From the human T2T-CHM13v2.0 reference genome, Homo sapiens: a stretch of DNA of 64,000 nucleotides. The position numbers and the translations under genes were made by a program. Each line of letters opens with the position of its first letter. Position 1 is the first letter of the stretch. The notes beneath the pieces are model-generated. The model worked only from the letters and a program-made list of their open reading frames with translations. It had not been told where the DNA came from and ran no database searches. This document shows positions 49,601 to 61,817 of this stretch, one piece after another. The stretch lies in the NCBI RefSeq assembly GCF_009914755.1, contig NC_060934.1; one strand, given 5' to 3'.

Positions 49601-51756
49601 TGGCACAGAGGTATAAGGGATTAAAATTTGAAAGCATCGTAGTCTTTAACATCTAGAAAAGTGTTTCAATATGTGAATACACATATATAGGAGCCATTTA
49701 AATTTTAAACACAAGATACTTTTCCAGTTTTTTTCAGACCCTGATAATATTGAAGGGTGTAAGAATGAGACTGGAAAACTTTGACTCATTTGCAAAATGG
49801 TGATCATCATTTACATCTGACATGCCTACCACCCCATCAACTACTTCTACACTGCTTTCCTCCTATAGACTCTTAGGCTGTATGCTGATTTTAGATGACA
49901 TTAGATGAAATTTAGATGACATTTAGATGAAATTAGATTTTAAATTTCCTTTCAGAAGAATCTGGGAAATGCTACTGCAGGTGAATTAGTGTTAGACATG
50001 AGTAGAAATGAAGGGCAGGGAAACGATCAATGGCTGAAAAGGAAAGCCACAGTGATCATTGTAAAAACGGAACATCTTCCAAGAGGTCAAGAATTTAGTA
50101 TGCAGCAAAACAAACTAGAGATTTTGTTAGATTACTGAACCCTCACTCCAGAGTTACTGATTCAGCAGGTGTAAGATAGGTCCCAAGAAATGGCATTTTA
50201 ACAAGCAACATGGTGATGCTGATGTTGCCAAATCAGGTGCTACACTAAGAGAACATGTGGTTTACAGTCTATAACATTTGCACATCAATCTGTTTCAAAT
50301 CCTGGCTTCAGCACTCACCATGCAAATTACCACTGGCAGATTATTTAATTTTAGTTAACTCATCTAGGAAATAGTCATGATTATAATCCTTACTTCTCAG
50401 ATTTATTGAAAATATTAAACAATTTTCAATAAATATTATTAAATAAATATTAAATGAATATTGAAAATATTAAGCAATTAACTTAAAAGCCGCCTCCTAA
50501 CTTAAAGACTGATCTAAAATCTGTAATTTAAAATTTTCATACATCTCAGATGTGAATGTTTTTTGGCCTAAAATCTAATTTACAAAGATTATATTTACTT
50601 TTGTGAGACTTTTTTCCCCAAAATAGCTAGAATAGAATAATTTGAATGTTTCTAGTATGAAGGAAAGACAAAAATTTAGGGTAATTGATATCCCAAGTAC
50701 CCCAATTTGATCTTTACAAATTATATGAAGGTATTAAATGATCACACATACCTCAAACTATGTACATCTATTATGAATCAATTAAAATGTTTTATAAAGG
50801 TCTAATACGTATTTACTGAGACTCTTAGAGTCCTATTTGAAATTAGGTCTTAAATAAAATATATTACATCATGTAATTTCTTAGACTTTTTTATTCATGT
50901 GTTTATACTTGCCCCATAAAGTGTTATTCTCCAGTGAATGTCATACAATGTTGAAACAGGAACTGTGGTTGCCCCTAATGAGAATAGTTGGCTCTGATAC
51001 CTTTGTTATTGAATTTTTTAGTTGGTTAAACCCTAGGTGGTTCTGTAACATTTCAACAAATGTTGTCATCACATCATTTTTATTTCATGAGACTAGGAAA
51101 GAGAAATCTAAAAGCACTCTGATAAAATTGTAAGTGTATTTTCAAAATCAAGATGCCTTACTTCATAAAGGAGAATTTCATATAGAAAAGCAAGAATCCT
51201 CTGTCAGTTTTATTTAGCAACAGATTCAGCGAATATTTGCTGAGTGCCACTTGAGTTCAAGCTACTTTTCAAGAGATTCTAGATATTATAATAAAGAAGT
51301 TAAAAATGTGTGCATTGGTATGTATAACTTATAACTTACTGGGCATCCAGCTATGTAGTCAATGAATTGATATCTATAATGTTGAATGCATTGAAAAAAT
51401 TACATGGAAGGTGCTGTAGAATTCTTAGGTGAATCAAGAAATCTTGAGTTTAGAAACTTGAGTCTAGGAATCTAAAAAGGCTTGAAAATGAGGGTACATT
51501 TGAAATATACTGTGGAAGATTAGTAAGTATTATGGAAGGAGGACCAATACCAGAAGTTATAAGTGTGCCCAGAAGAAAGACCAACATAAAGGAGGCATAG
51601 AGAAATGAAAAGGCATGATGTATTTAAGTAATTGCATGAATCCATGAAATGGGCATATCTGGGTGTCCGAATACTTATGTAAATTTGAAGGTAGAAATTG
51701 CAATAGAAAGTTATTCCTCAGAGCCTAACAGGCTGAATCTTTATCTGTAGAAGAGC

Positions 51757-51973
51757 AGTGAGCAAACTATAGCCTGTAAGCAAAATCCAGTCTGATGCCT
51801 GTTTTTGTAAATATGGTTTTATTGGAACATAGCCATACCACTCTTTTAAGTAGTATCTATGGCTGCTTTCTTACTGCAAAGGTAGAGTTGAATAGTTATA
51901 ACAGAGACCATATAGCCTTCAAAGTCTGAAATATTTTCTATCTAGATCTTTACCAAAAAAATTTCTGACCCCA
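51757..51973. mobile_element. MER58A-like hAT MITE
   Basis: GCAAACTATAGCCTG...CCTGTTTTTGTAAATA..GTTTTATTGGAACATAGCCA...TGACCCC. Confidence 0.8.
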
Positions 51974-52142
51974 GTTGTAGATCAGCGCAACGTGAAGTGC
52001 CGGTCTCTTGATCGTTAGGTATAAGTGTTATATATGACCAGATAAAGAGGTTTCATAGAATGCAAATTAATTCACTTTATCAAGAAAATCTTGCTATGGA
52101 AAAAATAATTCCAGCTGATCTGGAATGTGTGCTTAGTAAATT

Positions 52143-53445
52143 TATATAAATTATATAAATATATAAATATAATTTATATAAATATGTAAATATAATTTAT
52201 ATAAATATGTAAATATAATTTATAGAAATATGTAAATATAATTTATAGAAATATGTAAATATAATTTATAGAAATATGTAAATATAATTTATAGAAATAT
52301 GTAAATATAATTTATATAAATATATAAATATAATTTATAGAAATATAATTTATATAAATATATAAATATATTTTATAGAAATATAATTTATATAAATATA
52401 TAAATATAATTTATAGAAATATAATTTATATAAATATATAAATATAATTTATAGAAATATAATTTATATAAATATATAAATATAATTTATAGAAATATAA
52501 TTTATATAAATATATAAATATAATTTATAGAAATATAATTTATATAAATATATAAATATAATTTATAGAAATATAATTTATATAAATATATAAATATAAT
52601 TTATAGAAATATAATTTATATAAATATATAACTATAATTTATAGAAATATAATTTATATAAATATATAACTATAATTTATAGAAATATAATTTATATAAA
52701 TATATAACTATAATTTATAGAAATATAATTTATATAAATATATAACTATAATTTATAGAAATATAATTTATATAAATATATAACTATAATTTATAGAAAT
52801 ATAATTTATATAAATATATAACTATAATTTATAGAAATATAATTTATATAAATATATAACTATAATTTATAGAAATATAATTTATATAAATATATAACTA
52901 TAATTTATAGAAATATAATTTATATAAATGTATAACTATAATTTATAGAAATATAATTTATATAAATATATAACTATAATTTATAGAAATATAATTTATA
53001 TAAATATATAACTATAATTTATATAAATATATAACTATAATTTATATAAATATATAACTATAATTTATATAAATATATAACTATAATTTATATAAATATA
53101 TAACTATAATTTATATAAATATATAACTATAATTTATATAAATATATAAAAATATAAATATAATTTATATAAATATATAAAAATATAAATATAATTTATA
53201 TAAATATATAAAAATATAAATATTATTTATATAAATATATAAATTATAAATTATAAATATTTATATAAATTATAAATATTATTTATATAAATATATAAAT
53301 ATTATTTATATGACTATAGTTATATATTATATATAATTATATATAATACATATTTAATTATATATTGCATATTATAATGTTATATAATATATATCTAATA
53401 TGTAATATATATGTATATAATATGTATGTATTATATAATTTATAT
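52143..53445. repeat. Extreme AT-rich minisatellite (23-bp and 38-bp units) with a degenerate TA-rich right end
   Basis: Marker G recurs every 38 bp from 52340 to 52986 (18 units), with 23-bp periodicity on both sides. Confidence 0.95.
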
Positions 53446-53706
53446 AATTTACTAGGCACACAGTCCATATTAGCTGAAATTTTTAAATTATTTTATTATT
53501 TATAATGTTTACTTATAAATAGTTATATTATTTTACTAAAATGGTACAATTTTACTAAAATAGTATAGTAGTATACTGTTATACTAAATTCATATACCTA
53601 TGAATTTACTCAGACATCCACATATACCCATTTCATGGGTTCATGCCTTTACTTAAATAAATCATGCACTTTTATTTCTCTGTGCCTCCTTTATATTGGT
53701 ACTATT

Positions 53707-53809
53707 AAACTCCTTAGTAAATTTACGTAATTTACTAAGGAAACTCCTTAGTAAATTTAAGTAATTTACTAAGGAAACTCCTTAGTAAATTTACATAATT
53801 TACTAAGGA
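53707..53809. repeat. 3 x 34-bp tandem repeat, each unit a hairpin
   Basis: AAACTCCTTAGTAAATTTA(C/A)(G/A)TAATTTACTAAGG at 53707, 53741 and 53775. Confidence 0.95.
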
Positions 53810-54344
53810 CAATTGCTCTGCAGGTAAATATACATGTTCTATTAACACTGTGTATTTACTTCCAGAGCAATGCCATACAGTTTAGTTAAAGACTTCACCT
53901 TGAATCAGTAAAGATGTAGTGAACATTTCTATGCAGGATATTAGGATCAGATGTGTATTTTGGAAAGGACCAATAAAGTCAAAAACAAGACTTTCTTGGT
54001 TTCTTCTGGAATACTGCAGCAGAGTGGAGAGGGCATGTGTGGAGCTATGGGGTTGGCCAGAGCTGTTTCCAAACTCTGGGGAGTCAGCCAGTAAGAAGAC
54101 TGGGCAAACAATACAGAATGTTCTTTTTTTCATTAATTTACATTCTAAAATCCCACACCAGAACTCTGATTGGTCTGACATGTTTACGAAGCCCACTTAC
54201 TCCAGCAGTTGGTGGGTCAGGGACTTTTATCATCACACAATGGGGTTGGTAGTGGGAATGGGGAGCAGTTCCGCACAACGAGGAATGATCTGCTGCAGAT
54301 TCCAGGGTGATGCTGTGGAAACTATGAGAAGTCTAGTGCTGTCA

Positions 54345-54730
54345 CCTATTTGTGGGATCTGGACATAAAACAGTTGAACTCATGGAGATACAGAATAGAA
54401 TGGTGGTTATCAGAGTCTGAGAAGGGTAGTATGGGGAGCAAGGCAGAGGTGGGGATAGTTAATGGGTACAAAAAAATAGAATGATTAAGACTTACTATTT
54501 GCTAGCACACTGGGAGACTATAGTCAATAATTTAATTGTGCACCTTAAAATAACTAAAGGAATATGATTAGATTGTAACAGAAAGGATAAATGCTTGAGG
54601 AGATAGATACCAATTTTTCCATGATGTAATTGTTACGCATGCATGCCTGTACCAAAATATCTCATGTGCCCGTAAAGATACACACACCTACTAGATACAC
54701 ACAAAAATCAAAACTTAAAAAATTTTTTTA
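54345..54730 (+). mobile_element. L1MA-type 3' end
   Basis: GAACTCATGGAGATACAGAATAGAATGGTGGTTA...GGATAAATGCTTGAGG...CATGCCTGTACCAAAATATCTCATG. Confidence 0.8.
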
Positions 54731-54779
54731 AAGAATGCTAGTACTATTGAACACTGGCTTGGCTCATTTGGGCCCCTGT

Positions 54780-55112
54780 TTCTAAATGCTATAAACTGGG
54801 TTGCTTATAAACAACAAACATATATTTCTCACAGTTCTGAAGGCTAATAAGGCTATGATCAAGGCACTGACATATTTGCTGAGAGGTTTCTTATTTGCAG
54901 ATAGAGACTTCTAGCTGTGTTTTCCCATGGTGGAAAAGCTGAGATAGTTCTAGGGTCTCTTTTCTAAGGAAAGTAATCCCAATCATGACAGTTTTACCCT
55001 AAAAACCCAACCACCTCCCAGTGGCCCCACTCCTTAATAACATTACCTTGGAGAGTAGGATTTCAACATACAAATTTTGGGGTATGGACTCTAAACATTC
55101 AGACCATAGCAA
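54780..55112 (-). mobile_element. MLT1A/MST-like MaLR LTR
   Basis: TTTCTCACAGTTCTG...ATTTCAACATA...ACATTCAGACCATAGCA. Confidence 0.75.
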
Positions 55113-56617
55113 GTTTTTTGTATTTTCTGCAGCTCAAAGTATTGTTCACAACAGCTTTTTTGGTGGATTATGTCTTGTCAGATATGCTAAAACAGCCTAA
55201 GTTAGCACAGTGAATCAAAGGACAAATTCCATCTGATTCTGGAGAATATGTCTCTCATACTGTGTGTGTCCAGGCCCACAGATTGATGGGCCTTACTGAA
55301 AAATATCTTGATTTGCTCAAGAATGGGTATTTTTTCCTACTTATTGAATTAGAGTAACTACTCAGGAGATTCTCAACAAAGGAAAACATAGTCAGTGTTT
55401 TAATTACTTAATCTGTGTGATAGTAAGAGTTTAGAAACTGATTATCCTGTAAGACCTAGGCAACTTTTGTGAAAATAGCATGGACTATAAATCAGATCTC
55501 TTTTTATGTAATGACTTTTAAAATGACTTGTACATTATCACCTTGGATCCTTACTTTTGCAACACCTGAAAGTAAAGCACGATTTTCTTAAACCTTTACT
55601 ACTGTGTGGTTTATGATATGTTTTATTAGAAAAAGATATGCTTCTATAAAATGTCCTACTTCCCGCTCTGTATGAGAAAAGATAATTTGAAGGTTGGTAG
55701 AGGGATGCTGATATTTTATGAGTGACAGTACTGTTAGCTGTGGTCATTACTGGTGTACTCATTCCAGGAGAGGAGCTGATTTCCTCTGCAGGTTTATGCT
55801 TGAATAATCTCATTGCAGACATAGGCAAGTGTTTATGCAATTCTTCATTTTTCCATTAGGAATCATACATACATCATGTGCCCCTAATTAATACCTATAA
55901 GACTGGCAACCAAATGATATATTGCTACATTGTACTGTTCACAGTTTGATAAAAACACAAATGCAGTTTTGTTGTTTGCATTTTTCAAATTGATCTCCTG
56001 ACATATCTCCTTTTTTTTTTCTTTTCCCTGCAGGTGAAAGGGGTATTTCAGAGATATATAATATTAGAGAATTGTTTCCATAGTTTATTTTATATTTGTC
56101 CTTATGATTGCATTTTCTAGAATTCTGTTGGATTGGGGAAATTATACCTTGGTTACCTTAGGGTTTTTTTTTTTTATTATTTGTGTAGTTTCTGGGAAAT
56201 TAATACAGGGACCTCTACTTGAAGAACCAGTGACATATGCTTTTATCATTTCTAGAATTGTGACCTCTAGTCACGTAATTTCTCCATGGTCTCCAGATCT
56301 ATTAGCCTTGTTCTGTCTCTTCTTACGTTTTATTTTTTCCCCAGCCTGAAACAGTGATCAACTTTTTATGTATAATTTCATCTGAGTCTACAATTTCTGT
56401 CATACCCTTATATTTTTATTACACATGTGCTTTATTAATTTTAAATTCACTTGGTTATTTTGCCTATTTTGTAGGTCTGCTAGACCCTGTGTAGACAACA
56501 AAATGGATATGGTCCCTAAGTAAAGCAATAAATATATCAACATTTTGGGATATTTTATCCAGTTCTAGCTGGCAGGTATATAGTTAAATAAATATGTACA
56601 TATAATAACGTACACAG

Positions 56618-56653
<36 letters not shown>

Positions 56654-57166
56654 GAACATCTGGCATAGTGCATGCTACAAAGAAAGCAATCAATAAATGT
56701 TATATTCATTTAACGTGATACAAATGTTCTCTCCCATTGACTGGTTGGCCTTTACATCATATTGATTTTTATGATAAACAGAAATCCTTATTTTGAATGC
56801 AGTCTCTTTTTTTCAATATTTTCCTTTACGGTTAGTGATTTTTATATACTGTTGAAAACAAACTTTCTTACTCCCACATCAGGAAGATATTGTTATGTTA
56901 TATAAGCTTTCATTCCAAGTATAATCTACCTGGAATTTATTATTTTCGAATGCTGTGAAATACCAGTCAAGGTTCATTTTTCCCCTCATGGCTAACTAAC
57001 TTATTCAGTTCATTTATAAAAAACGTTATTCTTTCCATCAGTACTTCTCAAGAGCCACACTTTTCATAAATCAGATGTCCAAATACATGTGGATCTGTTT
57101 CAGGACTATTTCTTATAGTTCTCTGGATTGTTTGTTTGTTCTTGTTCTAATTCCACTCTGTCTTAA

Positions 57167-57511
57167 TGTTTTAGCCCATTCAGGCTGCTGTAACAAAAAA
57201 TCTCATAAACAAAGAGACTTATAAATAAAACACATTTATTTATCACAGTTCTGGAGGCTTGGATCATGGTGCTGGCGGAATTGGTATCTGGTGAGGGCCT
57301 ATTTCCTCCTTCATGGATGGTGCCTGCTTGCTGTTTCCTCACGCGGTAGAAGGGACTTGCTAGCTCTCTGGGGTCTCCTTTGTAAGAGCACTAATCTCAT
57401 TAAGGTCACTTAATCGACTCCCCAAAGGCCCTGCGTAATAAGATGATCACCTTTGTATTTAGGAGTTCAACATGTGAATTTGGGGGGAACACAAATGTTC
57501 ACACCATAGCA
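57167..57511 (-). mobile_element. MLT1A/MST-like MaLR LTR inside an old minus-strand L1ME remnant
   Basis: TGTTTTAGCCCATTCAGGCTGCTGTAACAAAA...CACACCATAGCA. Confidence 0.8.
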
Positions 57512-57541
57512 CCTGATAACTATACCTTTATAATGAGTCTT

Positions 57542-58800
57542 TTTTTTAAACTTAAAGCATTTATTGCATTTAAAACATTTAATGCATTTGTAGACAAAAA
57601 CATCTTAATTTTTAGAGTTATTTTCTTTTGTAGCCACATATGAAATGGAATTGGTAAACTGCTAACCTGAGTTTTATAAAACTGCTTTTTTTTTTTTTTT
57701 TTTTTTCAAATTTTACTTTAGGTTCTGGGATATATGTGCTGAATGTGCAGGTTTGTTACATAGGTATACATGTGCCATGGTGGTTAGCTGCACCTATCAA
57801 CCCATCCTCTAGGTTTTAAGCCCTGCATGCATTAGGTGTTTGTCGTGATGCTCTCCCTCCCCTTACCCCTACCCCGCGACAGGCCCCAGTGTGTGATGTT
57901 CCCCTTCCTGTGTCCATGTGTTCTCATTGTTCAGCTCCCACTTATAAGGGAGAACATGCAGCGTTTGGTTTTCTGTTCCTGTGTTACTTTGCTGAGGATG
58001 ATGGTTTCCACCTTCATCCATGTCCCTGCAAAGGACATGAACTCATTCTTTTTTATGGCTGCACAGTATTCCATGGTGTATATGTGCCAAATTTTCTTTA
58101 TCCAGTCTATCATTGATGGGAATTTGGGTTGGTTCCAAATCTTTGCTATTATAAGTAGTGCTGCAATAAACATACATGTGCATGTGTCTTTATAGTAGAA
58201 TGATTTATATTCCTTTGGGTAAATACCCAGTAATGGGATTGCTGGGTCAAATGGTATTTCTAGTTCTAGATCCTTGAGGAATTGCTACACTGTCTTCTAC
58301 AATGGTTGAACTAATTTAATTTACACTCCTACCAACAATGTAAAAGCATTCCTATTTCTCCACATCCTCTCCAGCATCTGTTGTTTCCTGTCTTTTTAAT
58401 TATCACCATTTTAACTGGCATGAGATGGTATCTCATTGTGGTTTTGATTTGCATTTCGCTAATGACCTGTGATGATGAGCTTTTTTTCAAGTTTGTTGGC
58501 TGCATAAATGTCTTCTTTTGAGAAGTGTCTATTCATATCCTGTGCCTACTTTTTGATGGGGTTGTTTTTTTTCTTATAAATTTCTGTAAGTTCCTTGTAG
58601 CTTCTGGATATTAGAACTTTGTCAGATGGTTATATTGCAAAAATTTTCTCCCATTCTGTAGGTTGCCTGTTCACTCTGATAGTTTCTTTTGCTGACCAGA
58701 AGCTCTTTAGTTTAATTAGATCCCATTTGTCTATTTTGGCTTTAGTTGCAATTGCTTTTGGTGTTCTTGTCATGAAGTCTTTGCCCATGCTTGTGTCCTG
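57542..58800 (-). mobile_element. 5'-truncated L1PA7/8-like element with apparent 3' transduction (57548-57685)
   Basis: L1 body 57707-58800, T21 at 57686-57706, unique 138 bp, second T run at 57540-57547. TSD AA(T/G)GAGTCTT at 57532-57541 and 58801-58810. Confidence 0.85.
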
Positions 58801-59109
58801 AAGGAGTCTTGATGTCTGATTAAGTCCTGCACCTCTGTTCTTCTCATGATAAAATTGGCTATTCCTGTCTTCTTGTATTTCATTAACATTAGTTTTCCAA
58901 TTTCTGAAAAATAAAGTCTGTTGGGAATGTGTTGGGATTTCATTTAATCTTTAAATCAATTTGTTTGATAATTCACACATGCAGTGTTGTACTGGAGTCA
59001 GATTGTATTGGCTCAGGAAGGATGATGGGAATCATCTCTTCCCAACTCCCATTCCTACTGGGAGACAGAGATAAGTTATGTAGAGATTTGTAAGCCATAT
59101 TAAATATAT

Positions 59110-59440
59110 ATTTTTAGTTATTTCAAAACTATGTTTTAATTGATGCATGATAGATGTAAATAGCTCCAGAGTACATGTGATAATTTAATACATTTAACTA
59201 AATCATAAAGATCTAATCAGCATACCTGGGATATTCATCACCTTAAATATTTGTCTTTTCTTTTTGTTAGAAACATCTGAACTATTCCCTTCTAGCCACT
59301 TAGAAGTGTACAGTAGATTATTGTAAACTATAGTCACTCTACTGATTTATCAAACACTAGATCTTTTTCTTCCATTAAACTGTATGTTTGCACCCATTAA
59401 TCAACTTCACTTTTTTCCTTCTTGCTCCCACTTCCTGGTA
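59110..59440 (-). mobile_element. L1MA-type 3' end
   Basis: GGGATATTCATCACCTTAAATATTTGTC...ATTATTGTAAACTATAGTCAC. Confidence 0.65.
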
Positions 59441-60084
59441 TCCTATGTCAATTAAAAAGACTTTAGCAGGTTTTAAGAAGTGGATTGGGGGACATGATTT
59501 AATCCAATCTCCATTAAAAAAATTATTCTAAGTGATGTGTGAAGAATGAATAGAGTGAATCAACGGTAGATGTGAAAGACCAATGAGGAGATTTATTATT
59601 CTAAGCAAGAGGTAGTAAAAATTTAATGAGGTGGTAGCATTAAAATTGGAGAGGCATGGACAATTCAAGCTATATCTCATAAGTAGAACTCAATTTCCTG
59701 GTGGACATTTAGATGTAGCACATTGAAATAATTTTCAATGAAGTATAAAATTATAATAATCCTGACATATGCTTAAAGAAAGATTTACAGGTTAAATAAA
59801 TCATATACATATAGATATGTGCATGCAGTTTTTTCTTGACTGTTGCCTCTATGTATCTGGATGTATAAGTATATACATCTTTGTTCTGCGTATCCCTGTT
59901 ATACTGGGATATTTAACGTATGATATATAAGAGAGCTGGAAATGCTTTTTCATTGAGACATAATTCAGATAAATATAAATGATAATTCTGCGTCTTAAAA
60001 ATTAACTCATAACTCTGTGGTTTGCATGACACTACTTATTTCATTAGGAAGAATGAATGATATATATATAACCACAAATTACAA

Positions 60085-60290
60085 CTACCATTTTTTAAAT
60101 ATATAAATGGGCCAGGTACTGTGTTAGATATTACACATATTTTATTTATGATTCTTATTAACACCATACATGGAACTGTCTCATTTTCTGAAATGAAGAA
60201 ACTAAGATGTTTAGAGAAGTTAAATAATCTGCCTTAAATTGACCATCTAGTAAATGAGGAGGCCTGAGGCCAAACCCTGCTGTGTCTTTT
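60085..60290 (-). mobile_element. MIR SINE remnant
   Basis: CATTTTCTGAAATGAAGAAACTAAG...AGAGAAGTTAAATAATCTGCC core. Confidence 0.65.
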
Positions 60291-61255
60291 GCAGACAATT
60301 ATATTCGTAGAAACTTGGACAGCCACTGGCAAGACCTGCAAGACTGAGCACTCAGTAAATACATGGTGACTGAATGACTACTTCCACCTCTCTTTCCATC
60401 TGTTTGCTCTTCATAATTCCCCCAAAATGATAAAAAATTTCAAAATAAAATAGCTTTAATAAGAAGCAAATTTAAACTCTGTAGTTTCTAGCATCTATAT
60501 TTAATTTAGAAAGTGGCAAGAAATCAAGTTAATCCAAAACAGAGTGCCAGAATACCCAGACTGTGCGGATCACTTCTTTATGCTTCAAAAAGCTGTATAT
60601 AACCTAGAATGACTTTAATGTTTTATTCTCTTTTTTGAATTAATTGTCCAAGTAGGGTCATAAATTCTTTCTTTTATGGCAAAAAAAAATCGTATTTAAT
60701 TGTTTCCATCATTATTTTTCCTTTTTAATTTAAGCCTAGGAAAGAAAGGATATTCTTTAAAATTATATACAAGGTTACTAAAATGTGTTGAAGTGAAACT
60801 GAGCTAAATCAATATAGAGAGAGTAAATTTGAATGGAAACCCTTTGAGACTGATAAGTTGAAGCCCAGACCGGTTTCCTGTTTTTCATCTCCTACTTATT
60901 CATGTTTTCCCCTTCCTTTTATGTTTCTTCTAAAGGCAATCAGTGCTTTAGGGCCTCATTTTATTCACATTAAAATGAGCTCTAAAAAGCTGATTAGAGT
61001 ATTAGTGGTATTATTGCAAAAATATCAACCAAGTTATTACAGATTTGGTAGTTTCAGTCTTTGTCATAATTTTATACACATTGTACCAATTGATATCATT
61101 ACAAGGACTATGGGTTCAAAATCAAAGTGGCAGAAGTATTATTTCTGATGAAGATAATGGACCATAATTAAGCTATATAACACATTATACTTTTAGGAAA
61201 AAATATAAAGCAATAAAATATGGTTAGTGACAAACTGTACTATGTTTCACAGTAT

Positions 61256-61817
<562 letters not shown>

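Noticed and set aside
49890-49937. Four copies of TTAGATGA(C/A)A
   Set aside because: Short local slippage duplication with no further structure; not telomeric TTAGGG.
53707-53809. Palindromic 34-bp repeats as a CRISPR-like array
   Set aside because: Units are directly adjacent with no unique spacers, there are no cas genes, and the context is a primate intron.
53882-54368. Overlapping 149-, 104- and 71-aa ORFs
   Set aside because: No recognisable domain, a non-ATG start for the longest, no convincing splice sites, and it runs into an L1MA 3' end.
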